Source: an uncultured Chloroflexia bacterium (lineage in GTDB: Bacteria > Chloroflexota > Limnocylindria > Limnocylindrales > CSP1-4). From it: DNA of 64,000 nucleotides. Location: positions 192,001-256,000 of the forward strand of contig CAVYIM010000004.1 in the NCBI GenBank assembly GCA_963768655.1. The letters are read 5' to 3'. Position 1 is the first letter of the stretch. Every line of letters starts with the position of its first letter. The notes beneath the pieces are model-generated. The model made no database searches and was not told where the DNA came from. It saw only the letters and a list, made by a program, of their open reading frames with translations. The translations under genes and the position numbers were made by a program. This document shows, one piece after another, positions 1 through 9,727 of this stretch.

Positions 1-2289
1 TCGGCGTCGGTGACACCGGCCACCTTCCCAGGCGCTCCCACCGCCGCGACCGCGACGCGCGGCAACACGTCTGCCACCGTGTCCTGGACGGCAGGGGCGA
101 CCAATGGCGCGGCGATCTCTGCTTATCAGGTGATCGCCAAGCCGGAGGGTGAATCCTGTACCACCACCGGTGCTCTCTCCTGTACCGTGTCGGGTCTGAC
201 CAACGGCACCGCCTACACCTTCACCGTAACCGCCACCAACAGCGTCGGGACCGGTCTGGCCTCGGCCGCCTCGAACAGCGTCACTCCGGCCACCGTGCCT
301 GGTGCACCGACGGCCGTCACCGTCACCCGCGGCAACGCCGCGGTGCTCGTGTCCTGGACCGCCCCGTCAGCCAACGGCAGTCCCATCACCGCCTACACGG
401 TCACGAGCTCCACTGGCTCCAAGACCTGTACCACCACCGGTGCTCTCTCCTGCACCGTGTCCGGCCTGACCAACGGCACCGCCTACACCTTCACCGTCAA
501 GGCCACCAACAGCGTCGGTACAGGGGCCGCGTCGGCGGCCTCCGCATCGGTGACACCCACGACCGTGCCCGGCTCACCGACGGCCGCCACGGCCGTCCGA
601 GGCAACGCCGCGGCTGCCGTGTCCTGGACCGCCCCGTCGGTCACCGGCTCCAGCTCGATAACCGGCTACACCGTCACCAGTTCGCCTGGCTCCAAGACCT
701 GTACCACCACCGGTGCTCTCTCCTGTACCGTGTCGGGTCTGACCAACGGCACCGCCTACACCTTCACCGTAACCGCCACCAACAGCGTCGGGACCGGTCT
801 GGCCTCGGCCGCCTCGAACAGCGTCACTCCGGCCACCGTGCCTGGTGCACCGACGGCCGTCACCGTCACCCGCGGCAACGCCGCGGTGCTCGTGTCCTGG
901 ACCGCCCCGTCAGCCAACGGCAGTCCCATCACCGCCTACACGGTCACGAGCTCCACTGGCTCCAAGACCTGTACCACCACCGGTGCTCTCTCCTGCACCG
1001 TGTCCGGCCTGACCAACGGCACCGCCTACACCTTCACCGTCAAGGCCACCAACAGCGTCGGTACAGGGGCCGCGTCGGCGGCCTCCGCATCGGTGACACC
1101 CACGACCGTGCCCGGCTCACCGACGGCCGCCACGGCCGTCCGAGGCAACGCCGCGGCTGCCGTGTCCTGGACCGCCCCGTCGGTCACCGGCTCCAGCTCG
1201 ATAACCGGCTACACCGTCACCAGTTCGCCTGGCTCCAAGACCTGTACCACCACCGGTGCTCTCTCCTGTACCGTGTCGGGTCTGACCAACGGCACGGCCT
1301 ACACCTTCACCGTAACCGCCACCAACAGCGTCGGGACCGGTCTGGCCTCGGCCGCCTCGAACAGCGTCACTCCGGCCACCGTGCCTGGTGCACCGACGGC
1401 CGTCACCGTCACCCGCGGCAACGCCGCGGTGCTCGTGTCCTGGACCGCCCCGTCAGCCAACGGCAGTCCCATCACCGCCTACACGGTCACGAGCTCCACT
1501 GGCTCCAAGACCTGTACCACCACCGGTGCTCTCTCCTGCACCGTGTCCGGCCTGACCAACGGCACCGCCTACACCTTCACCGTCAAGGCCACCAACAGCG
1601 TCGGTACAGGGGCCGCGTCGGCGGCCTCCGCATCGGTGACACCCACGACCGTGCCCGGCTCACCGACGGCCGCCACGGCCGTCCGAGGCAACGCCGCGGC
1701 TGCCGTGTCCTGGACCGCCCCGTCGGTCACCGGCTCCAGCTCGATAACCGGCTACACCGTCACCAGTTCGCCTGGCTCCAAGACCTGTACCACCACCGGT
1801 GCTCTCTCCTGTACCGTGTCGGGTCTGACCAACGGCACGGCCTACACCTTCACCGTAACCGCCACCAACAGCGTCGGGACCGGTCTGGCCTCGGCCGCCT
1901 CGAACAGCGTCACTCCGGCCACCGTGCCTGGTGCACCGACGGCCGTCACCGTCACCCGCGGCAACGCCGCGGTGCTCGTGTCCTGGACCGCCCCGTCAGC
2001 CAACGGCAGTCCCATCACCGCCTACACGGTCACGAGCTCCACTGGCTCCAAGACCTGTACCACCACCGGTGCTCTCTCCTGCACCGTGTCCGGCCTGACC
2101 AACGGCACCGCCTACACCTTCACCGTCAAGGCCACCAACGCCCTGGGCACGGGAGCCGCCTCGGCCGCATCGGCCTCGGTGACACCCACGACCGCCGCGG
2201 TCACGTCGTCTTCAGAGCTCGGAACCGGACCGGCGACCACAGACCCGGGGCAGACAGCGGGTCGCCCGCGGACGGACTCTCGGCTCTGA
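1..2289 (+). CDS. Fibronectin type III repeat surface protein, 5'-truncated by the window edge
   Basis: Eight ~90-aa repeats of the form VPGAPT..VSWTAP..G.S.IT.YTVT..CTVSGLTNGTAYTFTV.ATN..GTG, typical FN3; the frame is open from the window start. Confidence 0.9.
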   Translation, partial: SASVTPATFPGAPTAATATRGNTSATVSWTAGATNGAAISAYQVIAKPEGESCTTTGALSCTVSGLTNGTAYTFTVTATNSVGTGLASAASNSVTPATVPGAPTAVTVTRGNAAVLVSWTAPSANGSPITAYTVTSSTGSKTCTTTGALSCTVSGLTNGTAYTFTVKATNSVGTGAASAASASVTPTTVPGSPTAATAVRGNAAAAVSWTAPSVTGSSSITGYTVTSSPGSKTCTTTGALSCTVSGLTNGTAYTFTVTATNSVGTGLASAASNSVTPATVPGAPTAVTVTRGNAAVLVSWTAPSANGSPITAYTVTSSTGSKTCTTTGALSCTVSGLTNGTAYTFTVKATNSVGTGAASAASASVTPTTVPGSPTAATAVRGNAAAAVSWTAPSVTGSSSITGYTVTSSPGSKTCTTTGALSCTVSGLTNGTAYTFTVTATNSVGTGLASAASNSVTPATVPGAPTAVTVTRGNAAVLVSWTAPSANGSPITAYTVTSSTGSKTCTTTGALSCTVSGLTNGTAYTFTVKATNSVGTGAASAASASVTPTTVPGSPTAATAVRGNAAAAVSWTAPSVTGSSSITGYTVTSSPGSKTCTTTGALSCTVSGLTNGTAYTFTVTATNSVGTGLASAASNSVTPATVPGAPTAVTVTRGNAAVLVSWTAPSANGSPITAYTVTSSTGSKTCTTTGALSCTVSGLTNGTAYTFTVKATNALGTGAASAASASVTPTTAAVTSSSELGTGPATTDPGQTAGRPRTDSRL
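155..2140 (+). repeat. Near-perfect 543-bp tandem repeat (~3.6 copies), each encoding two FN3 domains
   Basis: tgtaccgtgtcgggtctgacc recurs at 181, 724, 1267 and 1810; only a rare synonymous change seen (acc vs acg). Confidence 0.95.
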
Positions 2290-2332
2290 CCCCAGGGCTG
2301 TTGGCGGTCGCCCGAGGGCTTGCGTAGGCTCG

Positions 2333-4927
2333 TCAGTCCAGCTCCAGCGACGCCCGCAGGCGGATATCGCGCGAGGAGGCACCGACCAGGATCTCGAACC
2401 GGCCGGGCTCGATTCGCCAGCCGCCGCCGGCTTCGTCCCAGTAGGCCAGATCGCGGTCCTGGAGAGCGAAGGAGACGTCGACGCTCTCGCCCGGCGCCAG
2501 GTGCACTGCCGTGAAGCCCTTCAGCTCGCGCGGCGGGCGCGGGACCGACGACTCCAGGTCGGCGACGTAGACCTGCACCACTTCCTTGCCGGGGCGGCCA
2601 CCCGCGTTGCGCAGCCGAACCTTCAGCTGGGCCGAGTCACCGGCGGGCAGGCCGTCGGCGGTGACTTCGAGCGACTCGAACTCGATGCGGGCGTAGCCCA
2701 GGCCGTGCCCGAAGCAGAACCTCGGTTCGATCCCCGCGATGTCGAAGTGGCGGTAGCCCAGGTTGACGCCCTCGGCATAGACCAGTTCCTCCCGCTCGCC
2801 CGGCATCGTGCTGAGCGCGGGATAGTCGCATTCGCGGACGGCGATCGTGAAGGGCAGCCGCCCGCCCGGCTCGGCGGCGCCGAGCAGTACGTCGGCGAGG
2901 GCGCTGCCGAATTCCTGGCCCGGCAGCCAGGCGTACAGGACGGCAGCGACTCGATCTGCCCAGGGCAGATCCATCGGGCAGCCGGCGTTGACGACGACGA
3001 CGGTCCTGCGGTTGGCCGCGGCGACGCGCTCGACGAGCTCGTTCTGGCGGCCGGGTAGCGTGACGGTCGTGCGGTCGCGGCCCTCGGATTCCCAGTGCTC
3101 GTCGTTGCCGACGACGACGATCGCCACGTCTGCCGTGGCGGCCGCGGCGGCGGCTCGCTCCAGCTGGTCCGCCGCCTGCGGAGGACGGCAGCCGATGTTG
3201 AGCTGGTACGGGGAGTGAGTCGCCGAATGAATCTCGGCTTCGATGAGCACCGGCTCGCCGGCTCGAAGCTCGAATGTGCCGCCGTCCCGGCTGCCTTCGA
3301 ACAGGGCCGTCGGGATGTCGGCCGCGGGACGGGCGTCCCAGAGGTCCGCCGCCACGACACCACCAACCTTCAGCCGCCGGCCGCCGAATCCGCGCAGCTC
3401 GATGTCGTGCGGACCGCTCTCGGACGGAGTGAGCCGGCAGGACAGGCGCACGGCGAAGTCGTCGGCCGCGATGCCGTGGGGCAGGTCGCCGAATATGTGC
3501 AGCTCGCTCGAGTCGACATGCCAGCTGGCGACAGGATCGCCGGCCGGCTCCTGGCCGTGGAAGAACTCGACCGTGAGGCCGGGCTGGCCGTGGAGGTCGC
3601 GCACGTCCATCGCGCTCAACGGCGGCAGGAACAGGTCGATGTGGCAGCCCGGTTCGTGGACTATCTCGGCTCCCGGGAGCGCGGCCCGCAGCCCCTCGAT
3701 CGGAGTCACCGTGGGCGGGGCGGCGATGTTGGCCGCACCGCCTCCCTGGGCGCACGGTTTGGAGGCGTTGGGCCCGATGACCGCCAGCTTGCGGATGCCG
3801 GCCGGAGCGAGCGGCAAGGTGCCGTCGTTGGTCAGCAGCACGAACGACTCGGCGGCGGCCCGGCGCACGAGGGCCGAAGCCGCGGCGTCGGACAGGTGCC
3901 AGGGCTGCTCGGGATCGAGCGGCGCGTTGCCGGGGCCGGAGCCGGCGAGCGGCCGCGCGCCCGCGCCCTCGGCCCGCGCGCGGGCGCCCTCGGCCCGCGC
4001 GCCCACGCGACCGGCGCCCCCCGAGGCTCCACCTCCGACCAGTGCCCCGACGCGCGCCGCGAGCAACAGTATCCGGCGTGCCTTGTCGTTCAGGACCGCT
4101 TCGCTCACCTCGCCCCGCCTGACCGCCTCGCCCAGCACCGGGCCCAAGAAGCGGGCAGGACCGGGCATCTCCAGGTCCAGTCCGGCCAGGGCTCCGGCGA
4201 CGGTGTCGTCGGCGGCGTGCCAGTCGGACATCAGCACGCCGTCCCAGCCCCACTCGCCCTTCAGAATCTCGCGGACCAGGTGATCGTGATCGACGCAGTG
4301 GACTCCGTTGACGAGGTTGTAGGCGGCCATGATCGACCACGCCCCGGCGTTCGCGGCGGCCTCGAAGGGGACCAGGTAGACCTCGCGCAAGGTCCTCTCG
4401 TCGACCCGGCAGTCGACCGAGGTGCGGTGGGTCTCGGATTCGTTGGCGACGAAGTGCTTAGGCGTGGCGGCCACTCCCGCCGACTGCATTCCCGCGACGT
4501 AGGCGGCGCCGAGCACGGCGGCCAGAACCGGATCCTCGGAGTACGCCTCGAAATCCCGGCCGCCCAGCGGTGAGCGGACGAGGTTGAGCACCGGCCCCAG
4601 CATGTAGTGGACGCCGGCCCGCTTCGCCTCGGCGCCGATCCGGGCCGCGACCTCGCGGACCAGATCCACGTCCCAGGTCGCGCCGAGGGCAGTGCCGCAC
4701 GGCGTGCACGTGGCCGTCGAACCGGCCGGGAAGGTCATGCCCCGAGCGCCGTTCGGGCCGTCCAGCGTGACCATCGGCGCGAGGCCGATCGAGGGCGCGC
4801 CGCACGGGTGCCAGGCGTCGACCCCGCCCGTCAACGCGGCCTTCTCCTTTATGCCGAGAGCCCCCAGGAGCTCTTCCAGGCGTTCGGGGCTGATCGGGCT
4901 GTCGGGAGCGGGGCGGGCGACCTGCAT
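2333..4927 (-). CDS. Glycoside hydrolase family 3 beta-glucosidase with PA14 insert and FN3-like C-terminus
   Basis: DGPNGARG, GGRDFEAYSEDP, KHFVANESE, LMSDW (nucleophile), PGGRLPFT, GHGLGY, ELKGF; ATG at 4927 with GAGGA upstream. Confidence 0.93.
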   Translation of the reverse strand: MQVARPAPDSPISPERLEELLGALGIKEKAALTGGVDAWHPCGAPSIGLAPMVTLDGPNGARGMTFPAGSTATCTPCGTALGATWDVDLVREVAARIGAEAKRAGVHYMLGPVLNLVRSPLGGRDFEAYSEDPVLAAVLGAAYVAGMQSAGVAATPKHFVANESETHRTSVDCRVDERTLREVYLVPFEAAANAGAWSIMAAYNLVNGVHCVDHDHLVREILKGEWGWDGVLMSDWHAADDTVAGALAGLDLEMPGPARFLGPVLGEAVRRGEVSEAVLNDKARRILLLAARVGALVGGGASGGAGRVGARAEGARARAEGAGARPLAGSGPGNAPLDPEQPWHLSDAAASALVRRAAAESFVLLTNDGTLPLAPAGIRKLAVIGPNASKPCAQGGGAANIAAPPTVTPIEGLRAALPGAEIVHEPGCHIDLFLPPLSAMDVRDLHGQPGLTVEFFHGQEPAGDPVASWHVDSSELHIFGDLPHGIAADDFAVRLSCRLTPSESGPHDIELRGFGGRRLKVGGVVAADLWDARPAADIPTALFEGSRDGGTFELRAGEPVLIEAEIHSATHSPYQLNIGCRPPQAADQLERAAAAAATADVAIVVVGNDEHWESEGRDRTTVTLPGRQNELVERVAAANRRTVVVVNAGCPMDLPWADRVAAVLYAWLPGQEFGSALADVLLGAAEPGGRLPFTIAVRECDYPALSTMPGEREELVYAEGVNLGYRHFDIAGIEPRFCFGHGLGYARIEFESLEVTADGLPAGDSAQLKVRLRNAGGRPGKEVVQVYVADLESSVPRPPRELKGFTAVHLAPGESVDVSFALQDRDLAYWDEAGGGWRIEPGRFEILVGASSRDIRLRASLELD

Positions 4928-5063
4928 GACTTGTCCTCGTGCGGGCTCTGGCGTGGCGAAATCGTAGCCCAGCGGTGGCAGGGTGGTCGACTGGGGGTGG
5001 TCGCCGCCACGGGCGTGGCCTAACCTTGTGCGGCGTCCAGCGCAGGCAGGAAAGGGGCGGGGC

Positions 5064-5258
5064 ATGGCGACGGCGAAGAATGTACCGGGCAACGGTGGAG
5101 CTGCCGAAGATACGCCGACCGCCGACGCGGCCGCCACCGGCATCGCGGCGGGTCCCGAGGATCCGGGCGGCTGGTTCTGGGCCGTGCCGGCGGGGCTGTC
5201 GGTGCTCGGGCTGCTCTGGATGGTGCGCGGGCGCCGTCGCAGCCGCTGCCGCGGATGA
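5064..5258 (+). CDS. Small single-pass membrane protein (64 aa) with basic tail
   Basis: MATAKN..WFWAVPAGLSVLGLLWMVRGRRR; its TGA overlaps the ATG of the next gene (ATGA). Confidence 0.4.
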   Translation: MATAKNVPGNGGAAEDTPTADAAATGIAAGPEDPGGWFWAVPAGLSVLGLLWMVRGRRRSRCRG

Positions 5259-6259
5259 GCAACCCCGAAGCCGGCGCCGGGGCGGCCGCCGCCGAGGCAT
5301 CCGTCGCCGCCGGCTCGACAGCCGAACGCCCGACGGCCGAACAGCGGACGATCGAACACGCGACGGCCGAGAGCCCGCCAACCTCGATGCGGCCGATCGA
5401 CCGCCTGATCGACCGGCTCCGCATCTACCGCGCGCCGACCGTGCTGGGCCTCTCGGGTGTCGGCGTCGTGTTCCTTGGCTGGCTTCTCCTGGTCGTCGGA
5501 CCGGAGAAGGGGACCACGGGCTTCGATGCCTTCGCCTACTGGGCCGTCTCGCCGTGGCATCCGTATGCGACGCCGCTCGGCGATGTTGGCTCGTTCACGT
5601 ACACGCCGGCCGTGGCCCTGTTCTTCGCGCCGGTCCACAACCTCATGTTCGGCGCGTTCTACGTGCTCTGGGCCGGCTTCCTCGCGGCGAACCTCGTCTG
5701 GCTGACACGGCGCCACGCTCTCATGTGGCTGGCGTTCATCCCGGTGTCTCTCGAGCTGTACGAAGCCAACGTCCACCTGCTGCTCGCGACCGTCTGTGTG
5801 CTCGGGTTCGAGTACCCGGGCCTGTGGTCGATCGGCATTCTGACCAAGGTCACGCCGGGTATCTCACTGCTGTGGTTCGTGGTTCGCAAGGAGTGGCGGT
5901 CGCTGGCCCTCGCCCTCGGAACCACGGCCGCGATTGGCGTCGTTTCGTTCGCCATCGCCCCGAGCGCGTGGTTCGATTGGGTCACGTTCCTGACCAGCTC
6001 CAGTTCCACGGGGCCAGTCGAGAATGCCTCCTACCAGTGGTTGATTCCGCCGCTGGTCCTTCGCCTGGCGGTCGCGGCGGCCCTGATCGTCTGGGGCGCG
6101 CGGACCGATCGACGCTGGGTCGTGCCCGTAGCGACGGTGCTGGCGATGCCCGTCCTGTGGATCACCTCGCCCGCGGTCCTGGTGGCAATTCCGCGGCTGC
6201 GCCGGCTGCGCACCGCGCCGGCGCCCCAGGGCCACCTCGAATCGGCGAGCTCTGCGTAG
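5255..6259 (+). CDS. GT87/DUF2029-like polytopic membrane glycosyltransferase
   Basis: G.DAFAYW, FTYTPA, ANVHLL and LTKVTPG motifs; multiple TM segments. Confidence 0.75.
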   Translation: MSNPEAGAGAAAAEASVAAGSTAERPTAEQRTIEHATAESPPTSMRPIDRLIDRLRIYRAPTVLGLSGVGVVFLGWLLLVVGPEKGTTGFDAFAYWAVSPWHPYATPLGDVGSFTYTPAVALFFAPVHNLMFGAFYVLWAGFLAANLVWLTRRHALMWLAFIPVSLELYEANVHLLLATVCVLGFEYPGLWSIGILTKVTPGISLLWFVVRKEWRSLALALGTTAAIGVVSFAIAPSAWFDWVTFLTSSSSTGPVENASYQWLIPPLVLRLAVAAALIVWGARTDRRWVVPVATVLAMPVLWITSPAVLVAIPRLRRLRTAPAPQGHLESASSA

Positions 6260-6345
6260 CGGACCTACAATCCGACTCGCCGTCCCGCCAGAATGCCCGC
6301 CGGCCGCGCCGGGGTGGGTGCACGAATCGACAGCAGGGTAGCCAC

Positions 6346-9192
6346 ATGTTCGATCGACTCGGCCGGCTGGTGCTCAGGCTCCGGTTCGTCCTGATTGCCA
6401 TCTGGGTAGTCGGTGCGATCGCGTTCGGCGTCCTGGGCCCGTCGCTGGCGAAGGTCGGGTCGGCCGACGAAACCAGCTTCCTGCCCAAGAACGCGGATTC
6501 GCTGGCCGCCCTCAAAGTCCTTTCGGCCGCCTTCCCCAGCGACTCGGCTCCGTCGACGGCGCTGATCGTCTTCTCGCGCCAGAGCGGCCTGACCGACGCG
6601 GACCGCGCCGCCATCGAGGGCCTGAGCACGTGGTTCGGAGGCGACAGTCGTCCCGCCGGCGTCCTGCGCTACGTCACCGCTGAGGGCACGCCCAGCCTGG
6701 CCACCATGTTCCGAAGCTCCGATGGCGTGGTCGAGCTGGCCCAGGTGGATTTCGATGCGCCCTCGTTCCTGCCACGGACCAACTCCGCCGTCGACGCCAT
6801 ACGGGCTCACCTTGCCGCGCCGGGCGTGCTGCCGGCCGGGCTCGTGGCCCAGGTCAGCGGCCAGGCCGGGATCGGCCGTGACTATCTGAACGCCATCCAG
6901 CAGGGCACGAACAGCACGACCGTGGTCACGATCGTGCTCGTCGTCGTGGTGCTGCTGTTGATCTACCGCGCGCCGCTTGCGGCCCTGGTGCCGCTGGCCA
7001 CGATCGGCTGCGCCTTCCTGGTCTCGCGCGGCCTGCTCGGCTTCCTGGCCCAGGGCGGCTGGCAGCTCTCGTCCGTCCTCGACTCGTTCATCGTCGTGCT
7101 CGTCTTCGGCGTCGGCACGGACTACACGATCTTCCTGATATCGCGATTCAGAGAGGAGTTGGGCCGCAACAGCCACGACGACGCGGTCCGGGTGACCGTC
7201 AGCCGCATCGGCGCCGTCATCGCCGCGTCCGCGGCGACCGTCATCGTCGGCCTGAGCTCCATGATCGTCGCCAGCTTCGGCATGATCCAGACGACCGGCC
7301 CGGCCCTGGCCATCACGATCTTCATCACTCTGCTGGCCGGCCTGACGCTCACTCCGTCGCTGCTGGCGATCTTCGGCCGGCGGCTCTTCTGGCCGCTCCA
7401 CGAGCAGACCAGGACGGCCGCCTCGGACGAGAAGGGATTCTGGGCGGCGGTCGCCCGCCGGATCACGGACCGCCCGGGGTTGCTGGCCGCGGTCGTCCTG
7501 GTCGCGCTGGCGGCGCCGTTGCTGGCTCTGCCCCAGCTCAAGGAGAACTTCAACGTTCTCGAGGAACTGCCCGGCAACGCCGAGTCGCGCCTCGGCTTCG
7601 ACACGCTCAGCCAGCACCTGGCCGAGGGCCAGCTGATGCCGCTCAATGTGCTGGTCGAGGTGCCGGCCGGGAATCTGGCCAGCCCTGCGGACCTGGCCCG
7701 TATCGGGCAGCTGGAGCAGAAGATCGCCGCGCTGCCGGACATCCAGTCGGTCAGCAGCGTCGTCGACCCGACGGGCCAGGGCACGGTTTCTGGCGTCGTG
7801 GAGCCGGCGACCGAGCTGGCCTCCATGGCGCAAGGCTTCGCGCAGCCGCCGAGCACGAACCTCAACGTCAACCTGAGCGACGCCTCTCTGGCGTCGATCG
7901 AATCCACGGTCGCGTACGTTGGCGGGCTGGCCGGGGCCTATCCGAACGTGGCGGGCGCGACCCTGACCGCCACCGAGGCGGATCTGGCCACTCTCCAGCT
8001 GAGCATCGTGAACGGGCGCGACCAGGCCAACGCCGCCAACCAGCTCGGCGCGCTTGCCGCCCAGCTGCAGGCCGCTGCCACCTCAGCCCCGAGCGGCGAT
8101 GCTGCCAGCCAGCTGGCCCAGCTCAAGTCCTACCTGGACGAGCTCGGCGCGGCGATGCCGGCGCTGACTGCGACCGACGCGTACAAGGCCGCGGAGACCG
8201 CCATCCCGCAGGTGGCGGCGACTCGCGATGCCGGGGCCTTCATGACACTCGTGGCTGCTCTTGGCCAGATGCAGGCGTGGTTCGAGGCCCAGCCGACCGC
8301 CTTCTACTTCAGCCCCACCACGGCGACGCCCACGGCCGAACAGCTGGCCGCCCAGCAGGCTACGGCCGCAGCCCGTGCCCGCCTGCCCGGTGAGTTGAGC
8401 CAGCTCGCCGCCTCGTTCGGCGCCGGCGACCTGTACGCGCCGCCCAGCCTGACGGCGGCCTACGTCTCGGGCGCCGGGAACGTGACCCAGCTGTATGTGA
8501 CCACCACGAGCAACCCGTACGACACGGCGTCCTTCGACGCCGTTCGCTCGCTCCAGACGCTGATGGCCGGTCAGGCGTCGAGTTTCGGGCCGGGGGCCAC
8601 GACGTACGTGGGCGGCGCGACCGCCGAATACGCGGACGTCCAATCCACGATCTCGTCCGACTTCCTGCGCGTCGCCGTGATCACGATCGTGGGCATCCTG
8701 ATCGTCCTCATCCTGCTGCTGCGGGCGCTCGCGGCACCCGCATACCTGGTGCTGACGGTCCTGCTGTCGTACTCGGCCAGCCTGAGTCTCTCGGCTTTTC
8801 TGGTTCAGACCGTGTTCGGCCAGCCAGGCATCAACTACTTCATACCGCTGATGGTCTTCGTGCTGCTGGTCGCCCTGGGTTCCGACTACAACATCTTCTT
8901 GATGTCGCGGGTCCGCGAGGAGAGCGCCGTGCGGCCGCTGCGGCAGGGCATCCGCGCCGCCTCGGCTCGAACCGGCACGGTCATCACCTCGGCCGGCCTG
9001 ATCCTGGCGGGGACCTTCGGGGCGTTGATCACGTCGCCGCTGCAGCTGCTCTTCCAGGTCGGCGTGACCGTCGCCCTGGGCGTGCTGATCGACACGTTCA
9101 TCGTCCGGAGCCTGCTCGTCCCGGCCATCACCGCCTTCATCGGGGAGTGGGCCTGGTGGCCGTTCCACCGGCGGGGCGCCGGGGGAGCTTAG
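6346..9192 (+). CDS. MMPL/RND family transporter with large extracytoplasmic helical insertion
   Basis: FGVGTDYTIFLISRFREE and ALGSDYNIFLMSRVREE motifs; IDTFIVRSLLVPA. Confidence 0.92.
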   Translation: MFDRLGRLVLRLRFVLIAIWVVGAIAFGVLGPSLAKVGSADETSFLPKNADSLAALKVLSAAFPSDSAPSTALIVFSRQSGLTDADRAAIEGLSTWFGGDSRPAGVLRYVTAEGTPSLATMFRSSDGVVELAQVDFDAPSFLPRTNSAVDAIRAHLAAPGVLPAGLVAQVSGQAGIGRDYLNAIQQGTNSTTVVTIVLVVVVLLLIYRAPLAALVPLATIGCAFLVSRGLLGFLAQGGWQLSSVLDSFIVVLVFGVGTDYTIFLISRFREELGRNSHDDAVRVTVSRIGAVIAASAATVIVGLSSMIVASFGMIQTTGPALAITIFITLLAGLTLTPSLLAIFGRRLFWPLHEQTRTAASDEKGFWAAVARRITDRPGLLAAVVLVALAAPLLALPQLKENFNVLEELPGNAESRLGFDTLSQHLAEGQLMPLNVLVEVPAGNLASPADLARIGQLEQKIAALPDIQSVSSVVDPTGQGTVSGVVEPATELASMAQGFAQPPSTNLNVNLSDASLASIESTVAYVGGLAGAYPNVAGATLTATEADLATLQLSIVNGRDQANAANQLGALAAQLQAAATSAPSGDAASQLAQLKSYLDELGAAMPALTATDAYKAAETAIPQVAATRDAGAFMTLVAALGQMQAWFEAQPTAFYFSPTTATPTAEQLAAQQATAAARARLPGELSQLAASFGAGDLYAPPSLTAAYVSGAGNVTQLYVTTTSNPYDTASFDAVRSLQTLMAGQASSFGPGATTYVGGATAEYADVQSTISSDFLRVAVITIVGILIVLILLLRALAAPAYLVLTVLLSYSASLSLSAFLVQTVFGQPGINYFIPLMVFVLLVALGSDYNIFLMSRVREESAVRPLRQGIRAASARTGTVITSAGLILAGTFGALITSPLQLLFQVGVTVALGVLIDTFIVRSLLVPAITAFIGEWAWWPFHRRGAGGA

Positions 9193-9322
9193 GGCCAGCG
9201 TGCCAGCGTGGTTGATGGGTCGCGTCGCGACCGTCTTCTCCAGTCCCGTCGAGCTCGGCCGACACCTTCGGTACCATCGTCCTGCCCCCCGATTGGGGTC
9301 TGGCGCACGTCTTGACCTCTGC

Positions 9323-9331
9323 TGCTACACT
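9323..9331 (+). promoter_or_regulatory. Candidate extended -10 promoter of the ilv leader
   Basis: TGcTACACT about 55 nt upstream of the leader start. Confidence 0.4.
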
Positions 9332-9385
9332 CGCCAGACACCGCTCGACCGCGAGCCGGTGTAGTAACTGCTACGGAGAACCAGG

Positions 9386-9592
9386 TTGGGTCTGTTCAAC
9401 AGTCGGAACCGCCGCCACGTCGCCATCCTCGTTCGGACGGATGGTCGTCGCGTGCAGGTGCCCACCGACAACCTCGGCCTGGTCGACGTCTCCCTCCTCG
9501 GTCTACTTCATACCCTCGAGCTCGGCATTGAGCGCGTATTCGTACTCATTACCGGCTCCCGGCGGGAGGCTGGACCCAGGGACAAGCGCTGA
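9386..9592 (+). CDS. ilv/leu operon leader peptide (68 aa, 22 Val/Ile/Leu)
   Basis: GGAG then TTG start; CTA, CTT, GTA and ATT codons clustered near the 3' end; followed by a terminator. Confidence 0.7.
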   Translation: MGLFNSRNRRHVAILVRTDGRRVQVPTDNLGLVDVSLLGLLHTLELGIERVFVLITGSRREAGPRDKR

Positions 9593-9614
9593 CGACGCAA
9601 ACCCCGAAAGACCA

Positions 9615-9644
9615 GAACCCTCGCCGGCAGGCGAGGGTTTTTTT
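9615..9644 (+). terminator. Attenuator intrinsic terminator upstream of ilvB
   Basis: gaaccctcgcc-ggca-ggcgagggtt followed by a T run; ccggcgggagg (9559-9569) can pair with the left arm as antiterminator. Confidence 0.85.
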
Positions 9645-9727
9645 GATGAGCCGAACAGACCAGGAATCGTAGGTCGAGAGCGGGGCGCCGCAAACAGACG
9701 AGTGCCACCGAAAGGAAGGGCGAAGCG

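Noticed and set aside
4928-6345. Long N-terminal extensions of GH3 (to 5776) and MMPL (from 4939) in the ORF track
   Set aside because: They overlap a real GT87-like gene; family similarity begins at 4927 and 6346 respectively
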